Of a stretch of 64,000 nucleotides of DNA, positions 47,973-64,000 are shown one piece after another (position 1 is the first letter of the stretch; every line of letters starts with the position of its first letter). Both the position numbers and the translations under genes were made by a program. Location: contig CAVNZM010000013.1 of the NCBI GenBank assembly GCA_963693365.1, positions 6,438,640 to 6,502,639 of the forward strand, written 5' to 3'. The DNA is from Amoebidium appalachense. Lineage: Eukaryota; Protista; Ichthyosporea. The notes under the pieces are model-generated. The model was not told where the DNA came from and ran no database searches. It worked only from the letters and a program-made list of their open reading frames with translations.

Positions 47973-49461
47973 TCACAAATCTAGTTCCGGTTCTGGACCC
48001 TCGTCATAGAGCCAGGCCCAAAACAAACCACCCCTCTCCAACATCCACTCCCTCAACCTGTCCACATCATCATAACTCGCACAGACACTCCCCTCCATTG
48101 CACCCAACACTAAAACCTTTAGTTTGTGCAAAGCAAACACCCACTCAATGTCTACACCCGCACAGACACTCCCCTCCATTGCACCCAACACTAAAACCTT
48201 TAGTTTGTGCAAAGCAAACACCCACTCAATGTCTACACACTCCCTCTCCTCATCCTCCTCCGTGGACTGCGTGTCCCGGAGATTCAGAACCTCCAAATTC
48301 GTGCACCTTGCCAGCGATGGCAAGTCACTTACAAAGGCAAAGGCTACACACAATGTTGAGCTGCACCAGCTGCCCCAACATGGAAATCGGCCTGACTTCA
48401 GTCAACCAATTAGCATTCTCCACGCCGAGTTTAGTCAGCCGTGTGTGTTCAGAAATAGGCGCCAGGCTCGCCACATCCATGCAACCATGCAGGCGCAACT
48501 CCCTCAACTCTCTCAGCGTGGAAAGTGGATGCAAAGAAGACAAACCCTCGCAATCCATGAGAAGCAAAGTTAACTCCGTGCAGCTTGAAATGTGCTCCAG
48601 TTTTACTTGCGCGGTCCCGCCACCCAGCTCGGTAAATCCAGCGCGCGCAACCTGGGCGCCGTAGTGAGAAAAGCCATGTTGTTGTTGTGAGGATAGGCGC
48701 GGCCGCGCTGAGAGAGGTGAGTGGCCAAGAGGACACGTTCGATGGCAGCGTTACCAGATGACACGTTAGGGAAGCCAGCCGGGTTAGGGTTGTGAGGGGA
48801 GAGGTCGGTCACGCCGGGGACAGATAATGACCGGAGGGAGGTGCAAAATTGAAGTGCGGCCACTTCATGTGCTTGAATTTCCGTGATTAGGTGAAGAGTT
48901 TTGAGGTTGGAAAGACCAGAGAGAGCCCGGAGCTTGTAAAAGTGGTACCCAGGGGAACCGGCTTTCCTTGTGATTGAGATGTGCGACAAACACGAGCAGT
49001 TTTTTAATGCTGATAGCGGTAGGGGTGAAGAAGGAGCCGTGGTCGTAGATTATTTCCAAGTTCTGTTGCTTAGTGTATAGATGGTGGGAGGCGGGAAAGA
49101 ACGCCTCTGCTGCACGTCCGTGTAAAGTGAGCCTTGTAATGTTTTCACACACCCCAAACACCACTTTCAACTGTAGAAGCAGTAGATCGCGCTCAGCAGG
49201 AAACTCATGAACTGTCAAGTTGAATGAACGAAGCACTCGTCTCCACATTATTATGCCTACACAATCATCTACAGTTCTGCTTTCTGTATACGTAAACGGT
49301 TGCGTAAAAGACAAGGGGGTTTCTCTTGCGAGGCGGCACCATTTTTTGCACACCAGCGCACATTTTGCTCTGTGTTTGAGTGGCAGGAACGAGAAAACAA
49401 GGACTAGAAGGTCACCGTTAAGGTCGCACGGAAATGTGCTGGGGTCCGTAAACAAAGCCAT
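47973..49461 (-). pseudogene. Intronless F-box/LRR protein gene with three frameshifts
   Basis: F-box DLNGDLLVLVFSFLPLKHRAKCALVCKKW, then LRRs (LSGLSNLKTLHL, LSTLRELRELRLHGC, LARCTNLEVLNLR) spread over four frames. Breaks at ~49000 (A6 run), ~48615 and ~48340. Confidence 0.82.
48078..48237. repeat. 81-bp (27-codon) tandem duplication inside the F-box/LRR gene
   Basis: VDIEWVFALHKLKVLVLGAMEGSVCA is encoded twice with essentially identical DNA; units begin at 48078 and 48159. Confidence 0.95.
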
Positions 49462-49547
49462 GATGATATGTTTTCAGTCATGTTTTAACCTCAAGTGCTG
49501 TCCAACTACAATCATAGTACCCTGAGCTCGAGGTGAGGTGTGAGGAA

Positions 49548-49588
49548 CAAGGCCTCCTAAATAGCACACCTAGATTTAGGAGGCCTTG
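49548..49588. mobile_element. 41-bp hAT-like mini-element (TIRs only)
   Basis: Perfect 15-bp TIR CAAGGCCTCCTAAAT/ATTTAGGAGGCCTTG with an 11-nt spacer. Perfect 8-bp direct repeat GTGAGGAA at 49540-49547 and 49589-49596. Confidence 0.8.
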
Positions 49589-49908
49589 GTGAGGAATCAC
49601 TGAGGATGACGGCCTGGACTCCGGTCATGACTCGGATAAAATTTTAGGCGCCAAACTTTATGCTTTTGCGCAAGCACATTACATAGTCTAAATCAGTCAG
49701 TCAGTCGTGCCCCGCTGTCGTACCCTCGCCGAGACTAAGTGGAAGCTCATGGCACACGAATGCACAGTGCACTCACAAATATCACTTATGATGATATATT
49801 CCCAAATCAGGATACTACAAATTCGGTGAAGTGCAACCAAACCTTAAATTTGGCCTTTTTTTCTTGTTCTATCTCTCTATATATTGTTGATTTGGAAAGT
49901 TTTCTCCT

Positions 49909-49963
<55 letters not shown>

Positions 49964-49972
49964 ACCCTCACG

Positions 49973-50021
<49 letters not shown>

Positions 50022-51136
50022 GTCGGCCCCTTTCCCCCTCACAAGGCCGGCTTCCTTCCCAAAGGCTTCTTCCTGATAGGCTATATATCTCTCCCCGGCT
50101 CTAATATCCCCCCCGCCCCCCCCCCCCCCAACGTGCGCGTGTTGTGTGTGTGTGCATGCAGACTATCAGTCTAGAACACAACAAAAATTATGGGCTTGCA
50201 GCTTCATTTGACGACCCCTCCGACCTAGGTCAGTACCCCGGGTATGAACTGTATTCACAACTTCATATCCAACATGTCATACATAGATCGGTGCTCTGGG
50301 GGCACACACATCAATAATGCTCGTATTTAGGCTGAAATACGCCACACCTTGGCAACAAGACAGATACAGAACTACACCCTCATTAGTATCAAATCTCCCT
50401 CGGTACAAACAGAAGAGATGAGCAGGCTCTCTAATTAATTAGCAGCTGGCAGGGAGATATAGTAAACGGTTTGCCAGGATCAACAAACACACATGATACG
50501 CAACAATTTTTTTAAGGTTATAAATTGAGGCATAAAATAATTGCGGCACACTACCATTCTGTTCCCCGAGGTCTAGCAGCTTCTATTGTTTCACATCTGC
50601 GTTACTACTCAATCGGGTCGCGTGTACACACAACGTTAACCGGCTTTCTACGGATTTCCAATTAGGTTGGGGCCAGGTAAGACTATTATCGCGTGTTAAG
50701 TTGATGCATAGAAGCCCATCAAAAGACTATTTGGCCAAATAAATCTATCACAAGTTACCAAAAATAATGGAAAGGATTAAAGCCAATACTTAACCACCCA
50801 CCCCTTTCCATACGTTTGCAAATGAGCGAGAATCCTTCAAATACATGTGCACACACCTAACAAGTTGAACATTCAAGGTGGAGTGGTAAGCAACACGAGA
50901 AATGCACACAGGACCATTCTCACAAACCCTGTAATGCTGCTATCATTAAATTAGTATTGATGAAGATAGCAGTGGCATAATAGCCTAAAATGGCCAAAAA
51001 TGCTACTGCAACACTGGTGCATCGAGTTATCCACGGCCAAAAATAGCCCCATAATTCACAACCTCAACGCCATGTGTGGACCAACCAGCCACTGGGATTA
51101 TAGCCTTATAAGGCTATATTTGTTTGCTGGGACCAA

Positions 51137-63794
<12,658 letters not shown>

Positions 63795-64000
63795 ATGTGC
63801 GTGTGTGTGTGTGTGTGTGCGCGTGCATGGGTGCGTGTTTGTGTGTGTGTCTGTGCCTGCACGTGCGTGAGTGTGTTTGTATAAGAGATGGGGGGTGGGG
63901 GTGGGGGGGGGGGTGGGGGGGGTATGGATTCCACGACGAACAAAAAAACTTAAAAAACTACGAACATGGCAATACACCTACCATAGCGCCAAACAGAGAT

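Noticed and set aside
49739-50235. Small + strand gene divergent from the F-box gene
   Set aside because: Only one plausible AG...GT exon (50162-50228) and no recognisable protein motif.
63960-64000. Next RAD16 exon at the window edge
   Set aside because: The minus-strand translation does not give the expected DEMGM motif; treated as intron.

Overview
Eukaryotic genomic DNA from an intron-rich organism, saturated with (CA)n/(GT)n, (CT)n and poly-C/poly-G tracts. Most ORF-track entries are microsatellite artefacts, so real genes were rebuilt by hand from GT-AG exons. Supported genes: a minus-strand multi-exon gene with a large K/E-rich exon ending in a Myb/SANT-like motif (~8-16 kb), a 7-exon class IV-like/bacterial-type histone deacetylase (25.8-33.1 kb), and a 5'-partial RAD16-type SNF2/RING helicase with 18 exons in the window (51.1-63.7 kb). 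Pseudogenes: two paralogous intronless DPBB/expansin-like copies (one with LysM, ~17.2-18.0 kb; one without, ~34.9-35.3 kb), an intronless frameshifted F-box/LRR gene, and a decayed + strand gene with a triplicated exon-intron unit. Mobile elements: a PIF/Harbinger element with an intron-containing, frameshifted transposase nested inside a sister element (20.3-24.9 kb), a 1.35-kb CACTA-ended TIR element, and a 41-bp hAT-like mini-element with an 8-bp TSD. The most notable unexplained signal is a family of about 13 dispersed ~100-290 bp elements. They tend to share a 3' end, are variably 5'-truncated, usually abut poly-C tracts, lie sense to the host gene wherever that can be judged, and the two longest copies have a head with colinear resemblance to 5S rRNA (candidate SINE3-like retroposon). 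No database searches or computed alignments were possible; all coordinates and similarities were read by eye.
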